Source: Chrysomallon squamiferum
Taxonomy: Eukaryota; Animalia; Mollusca
Length of the DNA stretch: 64,000 bases
Reading direction: 5' to 3'
NCBI GenBank assembly: GCA_012295275.1
Contig: CM022674.1
Location: 5,828,001-5,892,000 of the forward strand
A program made the position numbers and the translations under genes. The notes under the pieces were generated by a model that had not been told where the DNA came from, did no database searches, and saw only the letters and a list, made by a program, of their open reading frames with translations. This document shows, one piece after another, positions 15,136-28,940 of the stretch (its first letter is position 1; every line of letters starts with the position of its first letter).

Positions 15136-15386
15136 CCTAATAATTAATATTATCAAAAACTGTCAACAAAACGAATAAAAAAATAAATTTAAAAAAAAAG
15201 TCTGTATTTCAGCAGTGTGTTTATGGATTTCAGAAACTGTATACTTACAAGATGAAAATGGCTTCATTATAAATTTAAATAATTGCTTTCTGTCCAGTAA
15301 CTGTATACTCAATGCATTTCCTTTTGTGAATCCATATTTGGACATTGTTCTAATGACTGCTATTTTTTATTTTAAAATCATTAAAA

Positions 15387-15491
<105 letters not shown>

Positions 15492-15536
15492 CTCTTTTTA
15501 TATATATATATATATATATATGTGAATGGATGGATG

Positions 15537-15579
<43 letters not shown>

Positions 15580-15722
15580 GTATGTTTATGTTAAATATTT
15601 TCAAATGTTACCAAAACCATACCTTTTTCTGTTTATCGTATTTCAATCTAATAAATTAATTTTAAAAATAATTTAATTTTATTTAAATTTAATAAATTAA
15701 TTTTAATTTAAACTTTTCTCAG

Positions 15723-15909
15723 ATAATTCAGAAGCTGCAGATTCTGCTGATTCGTGTCAGCAAGATGACAGTGCCAAGGCAGCTAAAAGTGGAAGTGGGG
15801 GGGGAGGCAAGAAGACTCCTGGTGGCAAGGTGACGAAACCACAGTTCTGTAGTCTTGCAAGCAACATGATGCCAAGCTTTTACATCGGAGGAGGAAATGG
15901 CGTCAGCCT
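15723..15909 (+). CDS. TTLL10: TTLL10 exon (NSEAADS...[14 protein letters not shown])
   Basis: cttttctcag acceptor, CT|gtaagt donor, phase 1 to 2. Confidence 0.9.
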
Positions 15910-16642
15910 GTAAGTGCAGAATTTATTTTTTATTTGATTTTTTTTTCATCTTTTTTTTCATCTTTTTTTTTTTTTAATTTGTTTTAATTTTTATTTTTTT
16001 TTTGTGTTTCTTTAATATTTATATTCAAAATTGTTCTCTTAATTTTTATGGGATTTTTTTAATATTTATTTTCAAAATTGTTCTTATATTTCTATGTTTT
16101 TGGTTGTTTTTTTTAATATTTATATTCAAAATTGTTCTTTTAATTTTTTGGTTTTTTTTTTTATTTTCAAAATTGTTCTTTTATTTTTATGGGTTTTTTT
16201 TTTTTTTTTTTTAAATGTTTGTTCATCTTTTTAAAATTGTTCTTTTAATTTTTCATTTATTTTTATATTTCTTTTTTTCTTTTTTAATATTTAGTTTTCT
16301 TTTTAAAAGTCTTCTTTTCTTTTTAAAATTTTTAAAATTAATATTAATTTTTAAAAATTTGCTTTTCTTTTAATTATTTCATTTTCTTTTTCAAATTGTA
16401 CTATTTTGTTTTTTCTCTGTCTTTTGTTTTTATTTGGTTTAAAATTTTTTTTTATTTTCCTTCATTTCAAGATGTTAAAGTAACCCCATACCTTTTTGTT
16501 ATGAATAAACAAGAGAAATAAAATTTGTATACTTCCACATTAGCAACCAGTAAAAGACCAATGAAATATGTCTTGATTCTTCCAAGTAATATAAATTATA
16601 ACTTGGAAGTATCAGATGTATTCAGACTGTTAACACAATCAG

Positions 16643-16675
<33 letters not shown>

Positions 16676-19317
16676 TGAAGTTAGAAAAGTCAGTTTTGTT
16701 TAGGAAATTTATTAAATCTAAATAAGCTACTTAAACTTTATCCATTGCTCTACAAAGTGTAGCTTTTATATTGAGCAGATAATTTTTCATTTTGTATTTA
16801 TCTGCAAACATTAAAAACCTTTTTCACATATCTTGTAATGGCACATGAGGTATACTTAAGCATTTGAAGAATGAAAGCAAGTTGGAAAAAAAGAGCAACA
16901 TCAATAGTAATAATGATAAACTGTCGTTTACAGTTTGGATTGTCAGTGAATTACTCATAGAGAAAAATCAATTCTGTTGTATATTTTTTTCATTATGTTT
17001 TCTTTTCCTTTTATCTTTCGTCAGTTTATGCACTAATCTGTCCATTGATTCCTCAACCCATTCATCCATTATATCAACCAATTCACCTATTATATATCAA
17101 CCCATTCATCTATTATAATCAATCCATTCATCTGTTTATATCAACTGAATTTTCTTGAGTGAAAACCACTTACGCCTCTATTTATCAATCCATTCATGTT
17201 CAGATTCATCAATTAACCATCAGCCAACTCAGAGATTATTCCATCTCTGTCAGTTTTATCCATCATCCATTTTCCCCACATGTGCTGGATCCTTTTTCCC
17301 TTTTCATTTGTTCGTCCATCCATCCATCCATTGATTCAGTCCATGCATCCATTCATCATCCATTATCCAGTGTGTATTCATTAGCCTCTGTATATTCATC
17401 CATCTGTTTATCTGTCTATTTGTTTATCTATCTATCTATCTATCTACCTATCTATTCATTTTGTTATTTAAATAAATCTAATTTTAAATACATACCTGAA
17501 CGCAAATTGTAATAAAACAAATTTAATATAAAAATAAAGTACTATTTGCTTATATTTCCTATAATGAACATTTTCTTTAAGAATAGATACTATAACATGT
17601 GTATAAAAAATTGACACTGTAAAACTTGTATAAATATTCATGTGTGAGATTTTTGTTTATTTTGTTGGTGAGTGGGAGTCAGTGTACATACTTGAAACAC
17701 CTGTGTTTTACCTGTATCTAACTGTATCTACCTGTACCTATCTCTATGTGTGTGTACATAAACTTCACCTCAGTAAAAAAAAAAAATATTCAGGCAAATA
17801 TTGTGAGCTGTTTTATATTTGTATCAAATAACTTCACAAAAATATTTTCCCTTTTATTGTCATTGTTATCTATGAAATGTCCATTTTGATAGTTCTCTGA
17901 AATGTTTGATTAAACTCATTTTTAAAAAAAAAATCTAGTTAATTAAAAATGTTCCTTTTATTTTTGAAGTTTGAAGTGTCTTGACATTTATTATATATAC
18001 TTTTAATAACATTTTTTTTGAATTCTATTATTTTCATTATTTCTTTATTTTATATAAATACAGACATACTATATCTTATGATTTATTTATTTATTTATTT
18101 ATATTTTTTCATTCTGCTCTTTATGTATTTATCTTTCTTTTTTGAAATCATTGTATTTTCCTTTTTCCTTTACATGTATACTTACATACAGACAGACACA
18201 GACATACACACACACACAGTATCTTATGATACATTTCAATAAATTTTTAATTTTTGTTTTGTGTTTTATTTCAATATTTAAATGGTACTGATTTATTAAA
18301 GTTTCAATTGTTATTTTTGTTATTCTTCTTCATTTCTTTTACATTTCTTTTTTTTTTTTTTATATTTACTTTTGTTCTTTTCTCTAACGACATTAATCTC
18401 TTATTTCATTTGTTTAACCGTATTCACATGGCGAGATATTTTTTTTTAATCACCAACCACACAAACTCTTCTAGGGCCAAGCATCTTTTTCTTGTGTACC
18501 TTTATCTCACCCCCCCCTCTGACCTTTACCTGTGTCAATATCCAGGTACAGGTAGGTGGATGTAGGTTTGTGTTTGTGAAGGATCTCAGTGACTCGGAGA
18601 GGTACAAAAATGTCCATCCTACTTGTGAAAGTGGTTTTACCTGGAACATTGGTGGAATTAATCATCAACATTTTTGTGTCAAGTCAGGCTTCGAAATGTT
18701 TGCTTTTTTTATAAAAAAATAAAATAAAATAAAATAAAACCCTTTTTTTTTTTATATATAGAATCTTCCCACCTAAAAAGCAAATATATATATATTTATT
18801 TTATTTTTTTTTTTTTTTTTTTAATTTTGGGTTTTGTGTGCATAGTATAGGGTTATTTTTTAATCTGATGTGTCATTGAGTGAAAAGGTTGACCAGAAAG
18901 TGTGATCCTGGTATAAAGAAGAAAAAAATAAATAAAGAGAACATTCGTAAATCCTAATTACGTAGCTTTTCATGTTACAGTTGATTCATCTGTCCATCCA
19001 TTTATCCATGTATTCCTCCACCCATCTGTCCATTCAATACAAATTTATAATATTCAATCCATTTTTCCATGTAATTGTGATTTACATCTATCTGTCCATC
19101 TGTCTGTTTTTCCATCCATCCATGTATTTGTAATTTGCTGTAATACACTCATTCATTCATCTGTCAATCATTCATTCTTATTGTTTCTCTCCCTTTCATT
19201 CTATCTGCCCATTGAAAGAGTTAGAGATGAAAAATGTGTCTCTCTCTTCTTCTGATGATCCTATTATTATTTGTCAATTTTTTATTTATATAATATTCTT
19301 ATCATATAATTTGATAG

Positions 19318-19352
<35 letters not shown>

Positions 19353-21642
19353 TATCAGTTTTTAATTCTGATATTTTTTTTATATAATTAGATAATTATT
19401 GGGTTTTTAATATTTATTTTTGACCATTTCTGAATAGAAGCACATTTCTTATTTATTATTTATATCTTTTAAAATTTTTATTGTTCAGTATTTTTAATTT
19501 AATTAATTTCTGTGTTAAACGGTTTTATAATTACTGTTGTTTTTATTAAAGAAATCTGAAATAGATAAACATAAAATTATTTTTATCTATTTCAGATTCT
19601 TATTTATTAATTTATCAGTAATTTTTTTGATTTGATAAATTTTTTCTTAAACAATTTTATAATCACTGTTGTTTTTTTCAGTTTTTTTTTTTTTATCTAT
19701 TTCTAATATTTTTTTATTTTTTATTTAGATAACATCTTTATTTTGATAATTATTTGATTTTGATTTTGATTTTTTTTTTTTTTTAATTTAGTTAATTTCT
19801 TTATTTTGGTAATTATTAATATTTTGATTTTGATTTTATTTCAGAATTGAGGCTCCACTTCTGGCTCTAGGTTGGAAGCGAACGTCAGATAAATACGATG
19901 AAAAATTTCGGCTCAAATGGGTTGAGTGCAAGAGCAAGATAAACTATGCAGCATTTAAAGAAGGTTTGTTTGTAACCATGGCAACCATTATATATATATA
20001 TATATATTATTTATTTTTTGCTACTTTCATAATGAGTCTACTACTAATCTGTTAACAAAGTCTAACAAGCAAAATGCACTTTGCTGCATTTAGAGAAGGT
20101 TTTGTATGTAACCATAGCAACCATCTGATTTACTCTTCTAAAAATGAGACTAATAATCTATACACACACACTAGAACAATATTTTTTATTATTTCTTATA
20201 TCTATTTACCGTAGAACCTTTATTTTTTTTAAACATCTTAGAAAATTTATATTTGAGGATTAGATTTTGGATTTTATAAGATGATGTTCTATACCAGATA
20301 ATCCAGGAGTTAATCATTTTCAGAATAATTCTTTGTCAGTGGTGTATATAACACACATACACACATGCACACACACACACACACACACACACACTTGGTA
20401 ACCATAACAATATCACCAAACTGAGCTCATACCTGGAATTACAGTAACCATGGCATTAACTGTTTCTGATTTTCGAAACAGACCTAAGTATGCTTAGTGC
20501 TGTAATTTTCCAAATCCATTTTGTGTTCAAACTTTTAAATTATGGATCTAACATGCTTCAAACTAATTAACTGTAAACTATTTTGATCATGCAAGCCTGT
20601 TTGGAAAAACTGAAAATGATGGATGGGAAATTGATGGAAGGTGCATTTTATAAATAAGTTAGTAACCACTATAGAAATTTGCATGACCGTTTATGCAATG
20701 TGTATCATGTAATTAGTTCTGGCCTTGTTTTGTCCGTAATGTTTGAAATAAAAATACTAGTTTTCCTAATGATGGAATATTTGTCTGGGTGGGGGTCTAT
20801 ATAAAAGAGGTGTGGTCCTTTGTTTCTCTCAGACTTGTTATTTTAAATACTTACTGTTAATGTTGAGAATATTTATAAATAAAGGTTCATTTGTCTCAGA
20901 TTCTTTTTTCAAAATATCTAAGGATATTTTAAAATCAGGATTAAACTTATTTATTTTAGAATCTTTATTCTAAATTTCTTAGGAATTTTTATTAATGAAA
21001 TATATTTATCATAAAATCTTTATTCTAAACATCTAACAAATTGATTGGTGCAGCATTTAATCAGTCAGTTTTAAGAGTGACAGGTACTAGGATCAAATTC
21101 CCAAACTGGCTGTCACTCCAATAACTGGGAGGTATCTATTACAAAGCTCTTTTCACTTGTAATTCTTTTAACAATACAGTTGTCATTGAATAGAAAACTC
21201 AGGTGTCTGTATTTTACCTGCCTGATTTAGACAGGCTTTCCAGGACCTTAACAGGTGTAAAGCTCATTTGAAATGTTCAACAGATCGATTATAATGAATT
21301 CCAGGTTTCACCAACAGCACATATTTTTTTAAATTATTTTTTCATAGTTTTAGTTTTTCTCTTTTAAAACCTTTATACCTTCCTGGTGTGTGAAGGATCT
21401 TGAAAAACAGGATGGCATATTTAGCTTGTTTTGTATGATTAATATCCTGAATATTAAATTAGTTTCGTTGTGAAAGAAGAAAACTCCATAAATCTGTCAT
21501 TTACCTGTGAAAAACAGGAGGGGTTAAATTGTATTGTCTGATAAAATGTAGCATGGTAGAGATAATTAGAGTAATTAATTATTAAAATTCCCTGTGAACT
21601 GAACTTTGATTTTTCTATATGCATGAAAGGCAGGTAAAAGTA

Positions 21643-21691
<49 letters not shown>

Positions 21692-22934
21692 GTAGATGAT
21701 GATGACAATTGTAATGATGAAAAAGTAGAAGAAGTGGTTGAAATAATTCATCAAAATATTCGGATAAAATTTATTGCTGCAAACAGATTTTTGATTTCTA
21801 TAAACACATATGGGGCATGAAAAACTGAAGTAGGTAAATAAATAAATAAATAAATAAATAATAGGAAAAAATATAATAATAATAATAATAAAAATACAAC
21901 TACAACAACAACAGTAACAATAACAAAAGTAACAACAAAAGTATTTTGAGAAATAAATAGGAAAAAGAAAAGCATATAAAATAAATGAGATATAAATTTT
22001 TGGTAACTAGAACATTAAAAAAAAAAAAAAAAATTCTAACAGAAAATCTTAAATAGTTTATGCATAATCTGGCCGAGATGGCCATTTAAATCTGTTCAGT
22101 TTAAACTTACATAGCATTACCCACACATAAACACAGGGCATTAACTCACAGTCTATGACATAAGAATTACAAATGCAGAGAGCGTGATAAAGTTATTTAT
22201 GGGGTCTGTAGGCAGTCAGGCGTGACTGCATTAAAGCTTATTTTATTATTACTTCTTGGGGTGTTCTGTTCAGGTTTCATGATTTTGTTTATGATTTAAC
22301 ACGGGTATTTCAACTTTGTGCATTGCAAACTAAAAAAAATGTATAGAAATGTTTGTAATGAAAAGATCGAGACGATAAAAGTGGAGAATTTAAATGGTTT
22401 GTGTGTTGTGCATGTGATAAAGAGCAAAGCATAAATGAAGAATGATATATATTTTTTTTTTTATCCTGGCTCAAATAGAAAATTATTATCTGCTGAAAAA
22501 GAAAGAAATAATGTGTTTTTTTTTTTTTTTTTTTCATTTTGGTTTTGGTTCACTTCAGTTCATTTTAATACTAAAAAGTAGTTATATTTTTTGGGTAAAG
22601 AGCAATAGGTAAATGAAGAATATATTTTTTATTTTTTTGACCAAGGTTCAAACAAAATTATTACCTGTTAAAAAGAAAGAAGGTTTTTTTTTTTTTTTTT
22701 TTTTTTTTTATCCTTACTTCAATTCATTTTAATACTAAAAGTAGTTACATGTTTCATAAAACATTCTTGGGAAAGTGGTTTGTTTGGGAAATAACTCTAT
22801 TGATGTATTGGAAAGAATTGATCCTATGACGGATTAATCCTGAATCACAGTCAGTTTCAATGAATGAAAGCATTTCAGTCTAACTACACCTTTACACACA
22901 TGCACACACACACACACACATGCACATGCACATG

Positions 22935-22967
<33 letters not shown>

Positions 22968-24969
22968 CACTACTACTTTTTGATTTTCTCTGTTACTGAC
23001 AAAAAGGTACTTCCAGTTTTATACAGTTAACATAATAAATACATGTATCAAACAAGTTTACAGCTCTAACTTATACCAGTTATTTTTAACACACATCAAA
23101 GTTAAGCCAACATGTATTTTTATAACTCATATTTATTGCAGATTTGTGCAGAGTAAATCTTTGTCTAGCTTTATAAGCTGGTTATTATTACTGTAAACCC
23201 TCTGATGTTTGTATCTTAACAGTACTATACTTAGATTATTATTACTGTAAACCTTCTGATATTTGAGTCTTAACAGTACTATACTAAAGATTATTATTAC
23301 TGTAAACCTTCTGATATTTGAATATTAACTACTATACTATGATTATTATTACTGAAAATCTGATATTTTAGTGTAACAGTACTATATACTATGATTATTA
23401 TTACTGTAAACCTTCTGATATTTAAGTCTTAACAGTACTATACTATGATTATTATTATTGAAAACCTTCTGATATTTGAGTTTTAACAGTACTTTACTAA
23501 AGACTATGATTACTGTAAACCTTCTGAAATTTGAATATTAATAGTACTATAATAGTACTTTGATTATTATTACTGATATTTGAATCTTAACAGTACTATA
23601 CTTTATGTTTACTGTAAACCTTCTGATATTTGAGTCTTAACCATAAGATTACTGAGGAAGATTTTTGCCTATGATCCATCATACTTTGGATCTTATGTTT
23701 GTCTGAACAAATTTCCTGTAAGCACTGTATACACATATATACATTTATCAATTATTACATACAATTAATCTTTGTTAATAATAAAGTATAAATACTAATG
23801 TAATAACTTGATAAACCTTGCCATTTGTTCTACTTATTTTTCTTATTTCTTGTTTCTTTTCCTTTTCTTTCTTTTTTCTTTCTTTCTTTCTTTCTTTCTT
23901 TCTTTTTTTTCTTTTTTTTTTTTTGTGGGGCAAAGTTAAAAATGACTGACACTTGTCAAAGTCCATACACTGACAGTTTCAAAGGTACACTTTGAAATCC
24001 TGTCTGATCTCTTCTTATACCACTACTATTGTTAAATCTGCTGAATTAATGATGTTGACAATGAATAGTATTCAAAGTTAATCAGAAATGAGAGTATTTG
24101 TAATTTGATTTATCTGGCTATCATCACACTCATATTTTTTTAATATATATATATATTTTAGTTTGAAAATATATTTATGAAAATTATATATCTTCATAAA
24201 ACATATATTTTAAAACTTTATTATTGTTGTTGTTGTTGTTGTTACATTGTTGTATTTATTATCATTAATAGCATTATTATTATTTTTACTATTATTATTT
24301 TCATTGTTATTATTTATTATTATTACTATTATTATTATCATCATCATTATCAACATTGTTATTATTTATTATTATTATTACTATTTTATTATTAGTAGTA
24401 ATATATTATTATTTTTATTATTTTTACTATTATTATTCTTATTATCATCATCATCATCATCATTATTATTATTATATTTATTTATTTATTATTATTATTA
24501 TTTTAAATGATTTGTTTCCTTATAACATCTGTCAAAGTCACAGACTATAAATTCTCGTTTACTCTTTCCACTGTGTTTAAGAAAACAGTCTGTAAATATG
24601 ACACTTTACAGAAAAACATCAAACAGCCTCACAGAGTTACTGATCATTATTAGTGAAAGCTTCAAATCATTGCTCCTCAACATTAAATGTAAACCATCTG
24701 GTTATCAACCATCTATTTGTCAGTCATTATTTTTTATTTTTTTTTATATGTGCAGCATGGTTGTAAATGAGAGGAAAATCTCTTTGTTATTTCAGAATGT
24801 CTGTTTTTGAAAATGTAAAATTAACTGAACAAGATGTAAATTATTACATTCACAGATGTACATACATACATACATATATATATGTCTCTATATATATATA
24901 TATATATTTATATACATGCACATGTACACACACACACACATACATATACATACATATACATATATTTAC

Positions 24970-25000
<31 letters not shown>

Positions 25001-25094
25001 TACACACATATACATACATACACATACATACATACATATATACACACATATACACACACACACATACACATATATACACATATATATACATACA

Positions 25095-25158
<64 letters not shown>

Positions 25159-26110
25159 TACACATACACATATACAACATATATATTATATATATATATA
25201 CACCTCCATAAATACCCACTCACTAGCTACTTATTTTATTACTGTCAGATATTTCATAGTTTACCATTTCCTTCTGTTTATTTGATATTCATGGCTTATG
25301 TGGTATTTATTCTGCTTCATTCTACTGTACGTATTATTTATGTCAGTTTCTGTATTGTGTTAATTATTTTATGGTTTACAGCACTTTACACTGTCACACT
25401 GCTTAGTTACAGTTGCTATGACAGTTTTCCACTCAGTTTGATACTACAAGTTTTATTGCCTTCCTGCCCTTTTGACCAGCCCCACTGGCGATTAATACCT
25501 CTCCCTGTCTATAAAACTATAATCATTAATTGTCATTTTATTCACTTAGCTGTCGGTCGTTCTTTCCATCCATCCATCCATCCATCCATCCACAAGCTCA
25601 TTCTGTCTCTCGTTTTGCCGTTCTTTCTGTCGTTTGCTTGGGTTTAGCCTTCATGTCATTTTGTTTGTTTAGTGTTATTCATTCATAAAATGTATATATA
25701 TCATTTCAATCATTTAGCATCATTCTGTAAATTTGCATCTATCATTTCAATCATTTGGCTTCATTCTGTGATTTCATTCATTTATTTTTAATATTATCAA
25801 TCACATCAATCATTTGGCATCATTTTGTGGTTTCATTCTTTCTGCTATTCTATCTGTCACTTTTTAAATATTTCCTTCTTTCAATCCATTTTTTTTTTTT
25901 AAAATTATTTTATTTCATTTATTTAACAGTTCTTCTTTGTTTATATTTAATATCTCTGGTATTATATATGAAAGTTTTTCTGAACATTTTGTTCTCTTTC
26001 TTTTAGCTTTCTTTTAGCTTTCTTATTTCTGTAGATTTATCTTTCATTTCAGTTAGTCATCCTTCTCTCCATTACTCAATTTGTTACATTCAGTTATCAT
26101 TCTATCCATT

Positions 26111-26144
<34 letters not shown>

Positions 26145-27164
26145 TATATATATATATATATAACAGTTCTGGGTGGTTAAAGCCCTTATACAAACTAACA
26201 TGCCCATCTACTTTTAATCAAAGTCCATCCATCTGTTGATCCTAGAATATTCTTTACAAAAAATCATGCATTCATGGCTTTGTGAGATGAAATTAACTTC
26301 ATTTTCCTGTTAATTTGGGAAACACAAGGATATATATTTGAAAAACTAGTATATGCATCTTAATGTATCTTATATGGTGAGGTAATTTAAAGCTGTCATT
26401 ATTAAATTGAGTCAGATTTATAGTTACTTCAAAAACACAGTCTGAACCTAGATTTGATCCCTGTTCATCCCAGTCATAATGTCGATGTTATTAACAGTGT
26501 ACTGGTGATTATTTTAATTATTTTGTTTGTTTGTTGTTGTTTTCATCATCATCATCATTGTCATCTAATTATTGTTTTGCTATTACTAGTATTGTCACTA
26601 ACACCACTATTTTGTTATCAGACTTATTAGAAAATATTTATTTATTTATTTATTTATTTACCATCTAACTTGGTTTATTTCTTCATTCATTATAATCAAC
26701 AATAATAATTAAATTTATTTATTTATTCATTTATTTATTTATTTACTTATTATTTATTTACTTACTTATTTATGTATTTATTTATTTATTTACAGGTGAT
26801 CAGATAGTAAACCACATTTCAAACTGCCAGCTCATCACAAACAAACTTGGTTTATTAAACAGTCTTCAGGAATATGAGCGGGTTACTCTGTCAACTAAAG
26901 GGAGACTACCCAAATTAAAGATGGCTGAATTTGTTCCAGAGACCTATCGCTTGGATAGCTTAACAGACAGGGAAGCTTTTCTGCAGGTGTATAAAGGTAT
27001 ATATTTAATTTTCATTAATTATTTATTTAAGTTAAGAATATTTTTGTTCTGTTATTTTATTATTATTTATTTTTGTATATTATTAATATTATATATTTAT
27101 TTGATATTTATTTATTTTCTTATATATTTTAATATTTATTTATTTATTATTTATTTATTTATAT

Positions 27165-27227
<63 letters not shown>

Positions 27228-28901
27228 TTAGTAGTAGCTATAATTGTAATAGTGGAATGGTAGTGGTAGTTGTAGTAGTTGTAATACTTTTAATTAGTCT
27301 TAACAACCAAACATTCAAAAAATTAAAAAATCAAAACAAATTATATTACTTTAAATTATTATTAGCTTTATTTTATTTTGTCTTCAAACATCATAATTAC
27401 ATGTAACAGTCACTTCAGTAGAGAAGACTTCAGTTGTTGCCTGTGATATTTCAGACGGAGAGATGTGGATTTGCAAACCTACGGGAATGAATCAGGGGAA
27501 GGGGATTTATCTGCTGAGGACTCGGGAGGAGATAGAACGGCTCCTGTCAGAGAGAGACGCCAAAAAAGAGCAGTGCAAGCCTTCCAGACCTCTCATGTCC
27601 CGGATTGTTCAGCGGTAACTTTCATTTTTGTCCATTTGCCCATTCCGATCATAGTCCCTTTGTGTACGATTTGCTGTCTACGAGGTAGGTGAATTCATGA
27701 AGTATTTCTTGGTAGCAGTAGCTTAGGGTCCAGACTATTTCTGAACTGAAGAAGTTTTTAAAGAAAAAAATGAATTATGTTTTGTTTTTTTAATGTTTTG
27801 TTGTAAGGGATTAGCTTTTTTTAAAAGCAGTTTATCAGCAATTGGTAAATGATATCAGTAGCTTAGTGTCCAGACTATTTCTGAAGTAAAGAAGTTTAAA
27901 AAAAAAAAAAAAAATTTAATGTGTTTTGTTTTTTTAATGTTTATCACTTGTAAGGGATTAGCTATAAGAACCTTCCCATAAACAGCAAAGAAGTACAGTG
28001 ATAAATCAGTGAGTAGGTGCAGGCAGTATTGGGAAGTAGTGTGAAAGTAACAGAATAAAACAAATAGAGTGAAAAAAGAACATAAACATTAAATATTTTT
28101 TGTAAAGACACAGTCAAACAATGAACAGGTTAAAGATTTGAAAATCAAATATTTTTTAAAAATTCGCAATAACAAAGCACAAGATAAACTTATGAAAATT
28201 TTGTAGTTCTATTATGCAGTCAGCAAACATGAATATTAATTATTTTGTTTTTGTTTTTGTTTTTTAATCTAAATATTTTATTCTAACTGATTCAGGTACA
28301 TTCACAATCCCCTGCTACTGGATGAACGCAAGTTTGACATCCGAGCGTACATGTTGATAGCCAACACAACTCCCTATCTCGTCCTCTACCACAAGGGTTA
28401 TGTACGCCTTTCCTGCTTCAAGTACGATGGAGCTGACACAGATCTCACCACTCATTTGACCAATCAGGTAATTCTGTTGTTGTTAGACTGACCAATGAGG
28501 TTCTTCTATTATTATCTGACTGACAAATCAAAAATCTGCTTTCATTATGGTAACCAGTGATGTAATTTCACACACAACAAACTGACAAATCTGATAATTC
28601 CTCTCATAGAACTTGACCAGTTAGATAGTTACTCTCTTAGTGATTGAATGATCAGATAATTCCACCCCCTAAGAGATTAACCAATCAGATAATTCCTTTC
28701 TTATATAATTATAAATCAGGTAATTCCTTTATTAGAGATTGATCAATCAGATAATTTCTTTATTAGAAATTGAACAATCAGATCATTCCTCTCTTAAAGA
28801 TTGACAAATGAATTCATTTATCTGATTTAATCTTGTATCTGAAAAAATCCATAAATAATAAATAATAAATTTGTAAAGTTTATACAAAAAAAAAATAATA
28901 A

Positions 28902-28940
<39 letters not shown>

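Noticed and set aside
21045-21110. tRNA gene
   Set aside because: The A and B boxes are decayed and there is no acceptor stem, so it is better explained as a SINE head.
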